Of a DNA stretch of 64,000 nucleotides, positions 49,376-57,469 are shown one piece after another (position 1 is the stretch's first letter; each line of letters starts with the position of its first letter). The notes beneath the pieces were generated by a model that saw only the letters and a program-made list of their open reading frames with translations, was not told where the DNA came from and made no database searches. The translations under genes were made by a program, and so were the position numbers. The stretch covers positions 17,975-81,974 of the IMG/VR virus record IMGVR_UViG_3300046680_000412, one strand, 5' to 3'. The DNA comes from a virus.

Positions 49376-49692
49376 AACTCGTCCCTCGCGCGTTCGAGCT
49401 CCGGGTCGCCATTGAGACGTCTTCGGCCTGAGTTGATGTGCCGGTGCCATCCATCCAGTGGGTCGCCCTCTCCGGACCACAGGACGGCGGCAATCACGGC
49501 AAGCAGAGGGTCAGCGTAGCAATAGCCGTCGAGATACGACGGCACGAAAGAATTCACGAGCGGATCGTTCAGGCACAGGCGCGTGCCGAACAATTGCGGC
49601 ATGACCAGGATTTCGTTCCCATTTTCGAGCGCCCGATAGTACAGCGCGCCCGGGTGTTCCGGCAGATTCGGATTCATGACGCCGTTGGACAT
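49372..49692 (-). CDS. Hypothetical protein
   Basis: 106 aa; YCY...WSGEGDPLDGWHRH; TAGAAT just upstream on minus strand. Confidence 0.7.
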   Translation of the reverse strand: MSNGVMNPNLPEHPGALYYRALENGNEILVMPQLFGTRLCLNDPLVNSFVPSYLDGYCYADPLLAVIAAVLWSGEGDPLDGWHRHINSGRRRLNGDPELERARDEL

Positions 49693-50169
49693 GGCCGAGG
49701 AATTCTACAATGTTTTTTGAGACGCGCGAAATTTGGGGGAAGCCATCGTGCTTCGGCCCGTAGGCGATTCTGGTTACATCAAAATGAATCTATAAAAACA
49801 CCTTGCGTTGAAGCGAAGCGCTGCTAAATGTGGAGGTTAGCGACGTAGGCCCGAAAGTCAGACGGCAAGTGGAGAACTTTGGGCGCGCTGAGAGCGGGCG
49901 ACGACATCGCACACAGTGGGTGTCCGTGATCTAAACGCGTCGACAGAAATTGGCGAAGCTTCTTTTGTGGATTTTGTTGCGCCTTCATACAAGTTCCGCG
50001 TAATCTCTGGCCATCACAGGGCATGTGCGCATAGTTCGCGAGGGGGCGCAGGGGTAAATTTCTCCCCTGTGTTTGAATCGAAACGCACACGAAGGCGAAG
50101 CAAAGCTCTAAAGGGCCTTTGCTTCCCATGGCTCTTTGCCCAACTCACTCAAGCAAAGGCGGAAACGAA

Positions 50170-51015
50170 ATGTCCACGAAACGCGGGGCAGTACTGCTGC
50201 AATTCGATCCGAATGAACTCCTTGTGATCGGCGTAGACACAAAGGACGGCCCAGAGCATGAACTGTGGGACGAACGCATCAAGCTACCTCTGGACGAACC
50301 CATGGTGCTCAATCTTATGGCGATCGGCGTCAAGCAGGCGATCGTCGTGCGAAAGAGCATGGCACAGGCCGGCAAGTACGAGGTGGTCGACGGCCGCGGC
50401 CGGGTGTTGCATTCGCGTGAGGCGAACAAACGTCTGAAAAAGGCGGGAGAGCCGCTTATTTCTGTGCCCGGAGCAGTAGAGACCGGCGACGAAGTCTTTA
50501 TGGAATCGTTGGCGATTGCGCTCAACGAGAACCGGCGCGACGACGACACGCTGGTCAAGGCAGAAAAATGCAAGCGTCTTTTAGATCGCAACGGTGGCGA
50601 TCTCAGGGCGGCGGCGGTCGTGTTTGGTGTCAGCGTCGCGGCGATCAAAACTTGGGTCAAACTGGCTTCGGTGACGCCGAAGGTCAAGCGTGCCATTGCG
50701 GCCGGGGACATTGCGGCTTCGGCCGCCGTGGAGCTCCATGGGCTGGAAAAAGACGCTCAGAATGCCAGATTGGACAGGTTGCTTCAGGCCAAGGCGAAAG
50801 GGCGTAAGGCTACGACTTCGAATGCAAAGAAGGAGGCAGGCAAGCGTACGGTTGTGCCGAAGCGCGTGCTTTTGAAGCTCGTTCGCGATCATGGGCCGAG
50901 CGTTCATGCGGAGATGGTGTCTGGCATCAAGCTGGCTCTTGGGATGTACGTGCCACCAGAGAGCACCAAGCTCGGAAAGCTACTGGCGCAATCCGGGCTC
51001 AAGTACGGCGATTGA
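50170..51015 (+). CDS. ParB/Srx-like protein, paralog 2
   Basis: Aligns by eye end to end with 46551-47450. Confidence 0.8.
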   Translation: MSTKRGAVLLQFDPNELLVIGVDTKDGPEHELWDERIKLPLDEPMVLNLMAIGVKQAIVVRKSMAQAGKYEVVDGRGRVLHSREANKRLKKAGEPLISVPGAVETGDEVFMESLAIALNENRRDDDTLVKAEKCKRLLDRNGGDLRAAAVVFGVSVAAIKTWVKLASVTPKVKRAIAAGDIAASAAVELHGLEKDAQNARLDRLLQAKAKGRKATTSNAKKEAGKRTVVPKRVLLKLVRDHGPSVHAEMVSGIKLALGMYVPPESTKLGKLLAQSGLKYGD

Positions 51016-51072
51016 TTTGGCGCAAAGCTGCTTTCTTGGCTACATCTTCGGATGTTGGCGCACATCGGAGTA

Positions 51073-51112
51073 GGGCCCTGCTTCCGCAGATTGGGAACGG
51101 CAGGGCCCATTC
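51073..51112 (+). terminator. Stem-loop between ParB-like 2 and next promoter
   Basis: GGGCCCTGC...GCAGGGCCC; weak U-tract. Confidence 0.45.
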
Positions 51113-51158
51113 TCTAAAAATCGCTTGCGTTGAAGCGACGTCGCGCTAATCTGTGCGT

Positions 51159-51455
51159 ATGGGCAACGCAGTAAAGACCGCTAAGCAGATCGTGTCAGAG
51201 ACTGTCTCCGCGTGCGCGGGCTGGGCGCTGGTCGACGTGAGCGACGATCAACGCGCCATGGTCGAGGCCGCTGTCAGCGAAGGCATGGCAACGCTGGCGA
51301 TCGAAGCCGTGAAGCGCCATGTGTGCCCGCATTGTCTGCCGCTCGTCGAGCCGATCGAGACGGCGTATCTGCTCGAACAGCGTGGCGTGTTGGAGACGCC
51401 CGCCAGTGTCTGTGTCGTGTGCGATTTGGTGATGGTCGCTTACGTCTACGGATGA
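51159..51455 (+). CDS. Hypothetical Zn-binding protein (leaderless)
   Basis: ATG 7th nt after TAATCT; CPHC...CVVC. Confidence 0.65.
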   Translation: MGNAVKTAKQIVSETVSACAGWALVDVSDDQRAMVEAAVSEGMATLAIEAVKRHVCPHCLPLVEPIETAYLLEQRGVLETPASVCVVCDLVMVAYVYG

Positions 51456-51504
51456 ATCGACAAAAAGTTGTTGCGTTGAAACGAAAGCGCGCTATCCTTT
51501 TCAA

Positions 51505-51741
51505 ATGGCAAAGCACAACACGGCAGAGTTCACGGTCCACGGGGTGCTCGCAGGCGCCTATGCGCGTGACATCAGCGCGGTGAAGCTTCTTCGCCATGCG
51601 TCGCAAGATGAGGGCGGCACCGCGGTGTGTAAGAAGGTGAAGGAGGGCAACTTGTGTGATATGGCCGAGGAAGGCGAGGCCACCTGCCCGGTGTGTTTGG
51701 AGCGGATTGCGACGCGCGGTCTGAAGCGCAAGGAAAGTTGA
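51505..51741 (+). CDS. Hypothetical Zn-binding protein (leaderless)
   Basis: ATG 7th nt after TATCCT; H...C...TCPVC. Confidence 0.7.
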   Translation: MAKHNTAEFTVHGVLAGAYARDISAVKLLRHASQDEGGTAVCKKVKEGNLCDMAEEGEATCPVCLERIATRGLKRKES

Positions 51742-51745
51742 GAAC

Positions 51746-52111
51746 ATGGCGAGCAAGAAAAAGGCGACGAGACCCGACGATCTGAGCGTGCAGATATTGG
51801 CCGGGATCCGGGCGGATCTGCAGGCTGTCCGCGAAGACTTGAAACACACGGTCGGCGCGATGGGCGCGGAGGTCGCACAGGTGAAAGAATCGCTGGACCG
51901 GCTCGAACGCCGGTCGACCGATGCCGATGTGCGCGTGGCGACCGAGCTGACTGCGATGGCAGGCGCGAACGCGCTCTTGATCGACGCGATCAGGGCGCTC
52001 GGGTCGGACATGAAGGAGGTCAAACGCATTGTGTCGGACATTCGCGACGATCGCGCGCGCATGAACTTGCTCGAAGCGCGTCTCGTCGTGCTCGAAGCCA
52101 AGGCGTCATGA
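51746..52111 (+). CDS. Coiled-coil hypothetical protein
   Basis: Heptad pattern throughout. Confidence 0.7.
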   Translation: MASKKKATRPDDLSVQILAGIRADLQAVREDLKHTVGAMGAEVAQVKESLDRLERRSTDADVRVATELTAMAGANALLIDAIRALGSDMKEVKRIVSDIRDDRARMNLLEARLVVLEAKAS

Positions 52112-52163
52112 GTGAGCTACTAAAAGCCCTTGCGTTGAAGCGAATCGGCGCTAAGGTTTCTGT

Positions 52164-52361
52164 ATGACGACGCAAACGAATCGGTTTACGAGTGACGATG
52201 AGCGCGCAGGCAAGCGCCCGGCTCTCAAGGGCCCGGTGACGATCCGAGTGTCGTGGTCGGATGGCCGCACAACGGAGCACGTTTGTCGCGCGCTGACGTA
52301 TGCGTACGATGTGATCGGTGGCGAGGCGCATCCATTCGAGCGCTGGGAAATGTGGGCGTAA
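52164..52361 (+). CDS. Hypothetical protein (leaderless)
   Basis: ATG 7th nt after TAAGGT. Confidence 0.65.
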   Translation: MTTQTNRFTSDDERAGKRPALKGPVTIRVSWSDGRTTEHVCRALTYAYDVIGGEAHPFERWEMWA

Positions 52362-52439
52362 GCCCAGGGCGGGGTAGACGGGCCCTGCGCATGTGCTACA
52401 GGCAAAGTCACTTTCGCACCTACATCAGGAGTAAAAAAC

Positions 52440-53081
52440 ATGGCATCGGTTACGCTTACGGCATCCGCGGATTTTGGCCACACGGGACAGTATGTCGCTC
52501 GGTTGACGGGTCGAAACTCGAAGTTCACGTTCGAGCGTGAGTTCATCGGCTCGAAGGGCGGCAAACGCGGCGAGTTTTCAAGCGCCGACGTCGATGATCC
52601 GGGCGTGTATGAGATGCGCGACGCCACCCGCAAGGGGAAGGTCGACAAGTACAGAGTCGTGATCGAGTTCGAAGGCGAGCTTCATAAGCTTGTATCGGAC
52701 AAGCCCGATGCCATGGAGATCTGTAAGGCGCTCGGCGCTGGGCGCGCTTTCTCTGACATCGTGCGCGCGGGGCGGAACGAAGAGCAAAAAATCTACTACG
52801 AGATTTTGTCGGCCGCGCAGGCGAAGAAAGTAGGCGTGTCGGATGTCGTCTCGCAATGCGTTGCACTGCTCCGGACATTGGAGCCTGCGCAGCAGAAAGC
52901 CGCGCTCAAGGAGCTACGCGCTGCGCTGGCGCCTGCTGCGTCAGTCGCAGCCGCCGTGCCCGGTGTCGCTCAAGCCGCAGCCGACAATGACGCGAATGGC
53001 ACAGGAGAGTCTCTCGAAGCCGAAGCCGAACCAGAGGCCCAAAACCAAGTCGATTTTCCTGGGGAATCAAAATCGATTTGA
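52440..53081 (+). CDS. Hypothetical protein
   Basis: AGGAG RBS; YVARLTG...FEREF...PGVYE. Confidence 0.8.
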   Translation: MASVTLTASADFGHTGQYVARLTGRNSKFTFEREFIGSKGGKRGEFSSADVDDPGVYEMRDATRKGKVDKYRVVIEFEGELHKLVSDKPDAMEICKALGAGRAFSDIVRAGRNEEQKIYYEILSAAQAKKVGVSDVVSQCVALLRTLEPAQQKAALKELRAALAPAASVAAAVPGVAQAAADNDANGTGESLEAEAEPEAQNQVDFPGESKSI

Positions 53082-53130
53082 AATCATAAAATGATGTTGC
53101 GTTGAAGCGAAGCGCTGCTAATCTATAAGT

Positions 53131-53620
53131 GCGTACGCAAGGAAAACGGAGCCATTTGTCGCCGACAAAATCGGAACAGATACTTCGAAGCCTCGTCTTC
53201 GTGCATCAGCCCTCAGCTGCTCGCCGTTCACCCGTCCGCGAATCGCCGCTGGCGGGCGCTAGGGCAGCAATCGGCTGCTTCCGCCGTCCGTGGCGAAGGC
53301 CCACCGTTGAGCGTCGGTCGCCGGAGGGGCCCTCACAGCGGCGACACGGGCGTGGCGCGGCGCCGGCCAGCCAGGCGTAAAGCAGGGAGCGTCGCGGCTC
53401 GGAGCTACGCGCGCGCTCAACTGGTCACGCGAGCTCGGCAGCCAGCGCCCAGAAACGCACGGGGAATTCCGGTGGAATCCCTGGCTCGTAAGCGCGCGCT
53501 TCGAAAAGCGCCGAAACTCGCGCTTTTCAAAAGTCGAGGGCGACGACGTAGGCACGCATAGGTTGCGTGCAGTGGAGTTCGCCACCTACGCGCACGCTGA
53601 TGTGCGCCACTTGCACCCGC
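53131..53620 (+). ncRNA. Candidate large structured non-coding RNA of unknown class
   Basis: Starts behind a full promoter copy; no credible ORF; dense hairpins and nested long-range complementary pairs. Confidence 0.5.
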
Positions 53621-53678
53621 GCCAGTGTGCGCATGCGCGTCCTCTCTACATGTGCGCCGTATGTAGGCACAAAGTAGG

Positions 53679-53937
53679 TTTTCACGTGCCCGAAATTTTT
53701 CCGATCTGCATTTTACGTGCCCGAAAATTTCGTGATCCGAGTTTTCCCGTGCCCGAAATTTTTCCGATCTGCATTTTACGTGCCCGAAAATTTTTCGATC
53801 TGCCCGAAAATTTTCCCGACCTCGTTTTTACGTGCCCGAAATTTTTCGGAGCTCGTTTTTACGTGTCCGAAATTTTTTTTTGGACACTTCCCCACAGATC
53901 GAAATTTTTTTTTGGACACTCTCCACAGATCGAAATT
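53679..53937. repeat. ~31-32-bp-period direct repeat array TTTTACGTGCCCGAAA(A/T)TTTT
   Basis: TG(C/T)CCGAAA at 53687, 53718, 53750, 53781, 53801, 53833, 53864, plus two GGACACT..CCACAGATCGAAA variants. Confidence 0.9.
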
Positions 53938-54070
53938 GGTTGTCTAGCTATTCAAGCAGTGCGGCCGCTAGCACGCAAGTTGAATTCGCGAAATCGAGCG
54001 CATAGTGTGCGCATGAATGCTTAGGCGAAAAGTTCTTGCGTTGATATGAACCGGTGCTAATCTGTGGAGC

Positions 54071-54547
54071 ATGGGAACGAAGCTTGCGATTCTTGCGACG
54101 GTAGCCTTGCTCGTCGGCTGCGCAGACGATGCGCCGAAAGCTGACTACCTCGAATCAGCGCGACCCTTTCGCGCTGAGGTCAGCGTGTGGGGAGATTTCG
54201 AGCCAGCCGTGGGCTTGTTGCACATGGTCGGTTTCGAGCTTGTGCAAGCCGTGGACAAGGAACACGCACAGGTCATCATTTACGGCAAAGGTCCCGAGTG
54301 CGACGGACACAAAGAGGGTTACGCGAGCGATTGCGGCGGCGTGTGGCTGTGTGGTCCGGTCTCGGACACTGTGCTAGCACACGAAATCGGTCACACGCTA
54401 GGCGCTCAGCACGTGCCGGAATCGGACGGGCCCGCAGTGATGAACCCACATGCTGACATCGCAAGCCAGATGACCGAACTTGACGCGGATTCGTTCAAAT
54501 TCCGCAAGTTAGCCGGTTCGATTTTTGATCCTGCATGTGCGCGCTAA
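54071..54547 (+). CDS. Lipoprotein metzincin-type zinc metallopeptidase
   Basis: Lipobox LVGC; HEIGHTLGAQH; Met-turn AVMNP. Confidence 0.8.
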   Translation: MGTKLAILATVALLVGCADDAPKADYLESARPFRAEVSVWGDFEPAVGLLHMVGFELVQAVDKEHAQVIIYGKGPECDGHKEGYASDCGGVWLCGPVSDTVLAHEIGHTLGAQHVPESDGPAVMNPHADIASQMTELDADSFKFRKLAGSIFDPACAR

Positions 54548-54676
54548 AAAGTTGTAGCGTTGAAGCGAAACGCTGCTAGTCTGTGTGTTGTCAGGGAGCG
54601 AAGCAGAGGCAGCGGCGGGCCGCACAGGCGCCATATGCATGCGGCCTCGCTCCGATGGCACCGAAAACGACTTTCA
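54542..54676 (+). repeat. Promoter + structured leader duplication, copy 1
   Basis: Near-identical to 55541-55674. Confidence 0.9.
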
Positions 54677-54694
54677 GCCTACACTCGGAGAACC

Positions 54695-54922
54695 ATGATG
54701 CTCACGTCAGACTTGCTCTCACTCGCTCGCTCCTATTCGAACAACGGCGCTACGATGGCGTCATCAGCGCTCAGCTGCATCGCAGATGCTGAGCGGCTGT
54801 TAGCAGCGGGGAAAGAGGACCTTGCGCGCGGGTGGTGTGTGCGCTCGCTCAAGTACAGCATCGGGATCCTGCATCCTGACTTTGTGCGCGCCAAGGCGGC
54901 AGTCAACGACGCGCACATCTGA
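54695..54922 (+). CDS. Hypothetical protein
   Basis: GGAG RBS; MASSALSC...RSLKYSIGILHPDF. Confidence 0.7.
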   Translation: MMLTSDLLSLARSYSNNGATMASSALSCIADAERLLAAGKEDLARGWCVRSLKYSIGILHPDFVRAKAAVNDAHI

Positions 54923-54938
54923 TGTGCGACGGGTGTAA

Positions 54939-55080
54939 GCGCGCGCAACGCGCCCCCAAACGGGGGGATCGCGCTGCAGCGCGCATGCGCCGATCTGGGA
55001 GTGCGCAGATAGCTTAGCTACGCGCGCACCGCGATCCGCTGCGCGTAGCGCCTGAGAATCGTGCCAAAAGAATCGGCGAA
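54939..55080. repeat. ~135-bp palindrome-rich intergenic repeat, copy A
   Basis: Core CGATCTGGGAGTGCGCAGATAGCTTAGCTACGCGCGC...GAGAATCGTGCCAA. Confidence 0.9.
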
Positions 55081-55152
55081 AAAGTTGTTGCGTTGAAACG
55101 AAAGCGCGCTAATCTGTGTGTTGTCAGCACGGAACAACGGAGCGAAACGAAG

Positions 55153-55446
55153 ATGACCACGAAAATCACCACGAAGTACCAGGGCCCGACAGACACCACC
55201 GGTTCGCGCATCGTAGCGAAGTGCGGCGGCAAGCAACTGAGCATGTCGTATCAATACGAGCTCAGTGTGGGACAGAATCACGCAACGGCGGCCGCTCGCC
55301 TCGCGAGCAAGCTCAAGCTGTCCGGGACCTACGGTGTGGTTGAGTCGCGCGACAACGGCAACGTGTATGCGGTTGACGCCAAGTTCGAGGCTTTCCGCGT
55401 TGGCACTGCCAACAGTGCGAAGCCGTTCAGCCACACGGTGTTCTGA
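55153..55446 (+). CDS. Hypothetical protein
   Basis: Promoter + GGAG leader; ITTKYQGPTDTTGSRI. Confidence 0.75.
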   Translation: MTTKITTKYQGPTDTTGSRIVAKCGGKQLSMSYQYELSVGQNHATAAARLASKLKLSGTYGVVESRDNGNVYAVDAKFEAFRVGTANSAKPFSHTVF

Positions 55447-55540
55447 TGTGTTGGCGCGCCCGAATCGGTGCACGATTCGGGTTACGCGAGCACCGGCAGA
55501 AAGACGCTTTCGTGAGTAGTTTCGCTGCGCTACAAGTTAG

Positions 55541-55674
55541 CGCTAAAAAGTTGTAGCGTTGAAGCGAAACGCTGCTAGTCTGTGTGTTGTCGGGAGCGAG
55601 GCAGAGGCAGCGGCGGGCCGCACAGGCGCCATATGCATGCGGCCTCGCTCCGATGGCACCGAAAACGACTTTCA
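55541..55674 (+). repeat. Promoter + structured leader duplication, copy 2
   Basis: Near-identical to 54542-54676. Confidence 0.9.
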
Positions 55675-55691
55675 ACGTTGGAGCAGAAATC

Positions 55692-55886
55692 ATGGTTATC
55701 ACTTACACGACGCGCGCTGCATTCTGGTTTGACGCCACTGGCTGGACATGGATCCGCTGGACACACAGCGAAGCCAATCTGCACGCCGCACTTGTGAGCA
55801 AAGCAGCCGAGCTTAGTGCGCGCGGTTACGATTCGGGCAACGCGGATCACGCGGAAACAAGTCGCTACAACTTCGCCACTCGCTGA
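55692..55886 (+). CDS. Hypothetical protein
   Basis: GGAG RBS after the duplicated leader. Confidence 0.6.
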   Translation: MVITYTTRAAFWFDATGWTWIRWTHSEANLHAALVSKAAELSARGYDSGNADHAETSRYNFATR

Positions 55887-55920
55887 ACTCGAACCACACC
55901 CACCTAGCCGGAGATTTCAG

Positions 55921-56202
55921 ATGACCTTGATTTGCACAAAGACGTTTCGCGCGCACCTGCATCAGCGCTTTCGCTACGCCTCGAACGGACAGACATACGC
56001 GCTCACGCAAACTAAGCGCGGCAAGACCACCGTGTGGCATCTTTCGAGCTTGCGCCCATCGAAGGCAGATCCGAAAGTCCTACACGAGGTGTGGTTGAAG
56101 TGCGATGCAGACGAATCGGCTGCAGCGATCAACGACTTGGCCACATGGTACGGAAAAATGGACTGCTTCACACAGTTCTTTCAGGCGCGCGCCTCCAACT
56201 AG
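55921..56202 (+). CDS. Hypothetical protein
   Basis: GGAG RBS before ATG 55921. Confidence 0.65.
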   Translation: MTLICTKTFRAHLHQRFRYASNGQTYALTQTKRGKTTVWHLSSLRPSKADPKVLHEVWLKCDADESAAAINDLATWYGKMDCFTQFFQARASN

Positions 56203-56250
56203 TCAGAAAAAAGTTCTTGCGTTGAAGCGGGGCGCTGCTATTCTCTAGTC

Positions 56251-56613
56251 ATGGGCAACGGCAAAACCAAGTACGCGTGTGGCAAGTGCGACGGCAAGGG
56301 AAACCTCTTTTTCTGGGGCCACATCGATAACGGCAAGTGTTTCGCATGCATGGGCGCTGGCTGGGTTGAAGGTCAGAGCTACACCGCTCGCCAAACCGCG
56401 CGCATGAATGCGAGCTATACGATCGGTGCGCTTGATGAAGCCGCACAGGAAGGTGTGAACAATCCGACCTGGGTTACGCACATGTGCAAGCGCGCTGCCG
56501 GACACATGCTCGCGATGCAGGATCGGGACTACGCGCGCAAGTTGCTCGCGCGCCTACCGCGCGCGATGCAATCGGAGATCATCGCGATCGGTCGTGAGCT
56601 CAAAGGGAACTGA
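56251..56613 (+). CDS. Protein with DnaJ-like CxxCxGxG zinc finger (leaderless)
   Basis: CGKCDGKG...CFACMGAG; ATG 7th nt after TATTCT. Confidence 0.75.
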   Translation: MGNGKTKYACGKCDGKGNLFFWGHIDNGKCFACMGAGWVEGQSYTARQTARMNASYTIGALDEAAQEGVNNPTWVTHMCKRAAGHMLAMQDRDYARKLLARLPRAMQSEIIAIGRELKGN

Positions 56614-56750
56614 AACCGCCCGGATCGGAAAGGCGCTTTCGCGAATGATTGCGAGCGCCTAGCATGTTCGGCGAAAAAGTTGTTGCGTTGAAACGAAACC
56701 GCGCTATTCTGTGCGTTGTGAGCAACGCAACAAACAACGGGGCAACGAAG

Positions 56751-56984
56751 ATGACGAAATACACCTGTGTCTCAATCGGTTTCGGTCCGCTGCGCATCAC
56801 TGAGCGCAACGCTGAGACCTCCGAAAAGGCGGCCGATGCGCACGCTAGCGCGCTGCATACGGCTTACTGGGCTGAAGCTTGGCGGCAAGGCGAAGATCGC
56901 CACGGTAGCTATAGCGAATACACGGTGCGCGCTGGCTCGAAAGTGCACAGCACGGTGCGCGTGTATGCGCAATACGCGCACTGA
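56751..56984 (+). CDS. Hypothetical protein
   Basis: Promoter + conserved AACGAAGATG leader end. Confidence 0.65.
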   Translation: MTKYTCVSIGFGPLRITERNAETSEKAADAHASALHTAYWAEAWRQGEDRHGSYSEYTVRAGSKVHSTVRVYAQYAH

Positions 56985-57015
56985 AAGCGCCTCGAAAATC
57001 CGAGCAAGAAACCAC

Positions 57016-57044
57016 GGGCCCCTGCAAGGGCCCGTTTTGCGTTT
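57016..57044 (+). terminator. Intrinsic terminator-like hairpin
   Basis: CGGGCCC-CTGCAA-GGGCCCG followed by TTTTGCGTTT. Confidence 0.65.
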
Positions 57045-57049
57045 CTGGG

Positions 57050-57309
57050 GCGCCCAGCGGCGCCCAGCGGCGCCGATCGGCCAGCGCCGAGTCAGCGCCC
57101 AGCGGCGCCCAGCGGCGCCGATCGGCCAGCGCCGAGTCAGCGCCCAGCGCCAGCGCCGAGTCAGCGCCCAGCGGCGCCCAGCGGCGCCGATCGGCCAGCG
57201 CCGAGTCAGCGCCCAGCGCCAGCGCCGAGTCAGCGCCCAGCGCCAGCGCCGAGTCAGCGCCCAGCGCCAGCGCCGAGTCAGCGCCCAGCGGCGCCCAGCG
57301 GCGCCGATC
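57050..57309. repeat. GC-rich minisatellite: 24-bp unit CCAGCGCCGAGTCAGCGCCCAGCG with optional 21-bp insert
   Basis: GAGTC at 57089, 57134, 57158, 57203, 57227, 57251, 57275. Confidence 0.92.
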
Positions 57310-57405
57310 GCGCTGCAGCGCGCTAGCACCGATCTGGGAGTGCGCAGATAGCTTAGCTACGCGCGCACCGCGATCCGAGCGCTGGCGCGCGGAGAATCGT
57401 GCCAA
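57306..57405. repeat. ~135-bp intergenic repeat, copy B (5'-truncated)
   Basis: Same core as copy A, fused to the minisatellite. Confidence 0.88.
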
Positions 57406-57469
57406 CTCAGAGCGACAAACTCAGCCAAAAAGTTGTTGCGTTGAAGCGAATCGGCGCTATTCTCTGAAC

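Noticed and set aside
53563-54024. 153-aa ORF over the A-tract array
   Set aside because: Translation of DNA repeats, TTG start, atypical codon usage
55054-55068. Minus-strand TTGGCACG in the 135-bp repeat as a sigma54 promoter
   Set aside because: The -12 GC is not at the required GG-N10-GC spacing in the copies checked
56767-57405. Repetitive ORFs in several frames across the minisatellite
   Set aside because: Unit lengths (24 and 45 bp) are multiples of 3 and lack stops; no RBS; they cross a terminator
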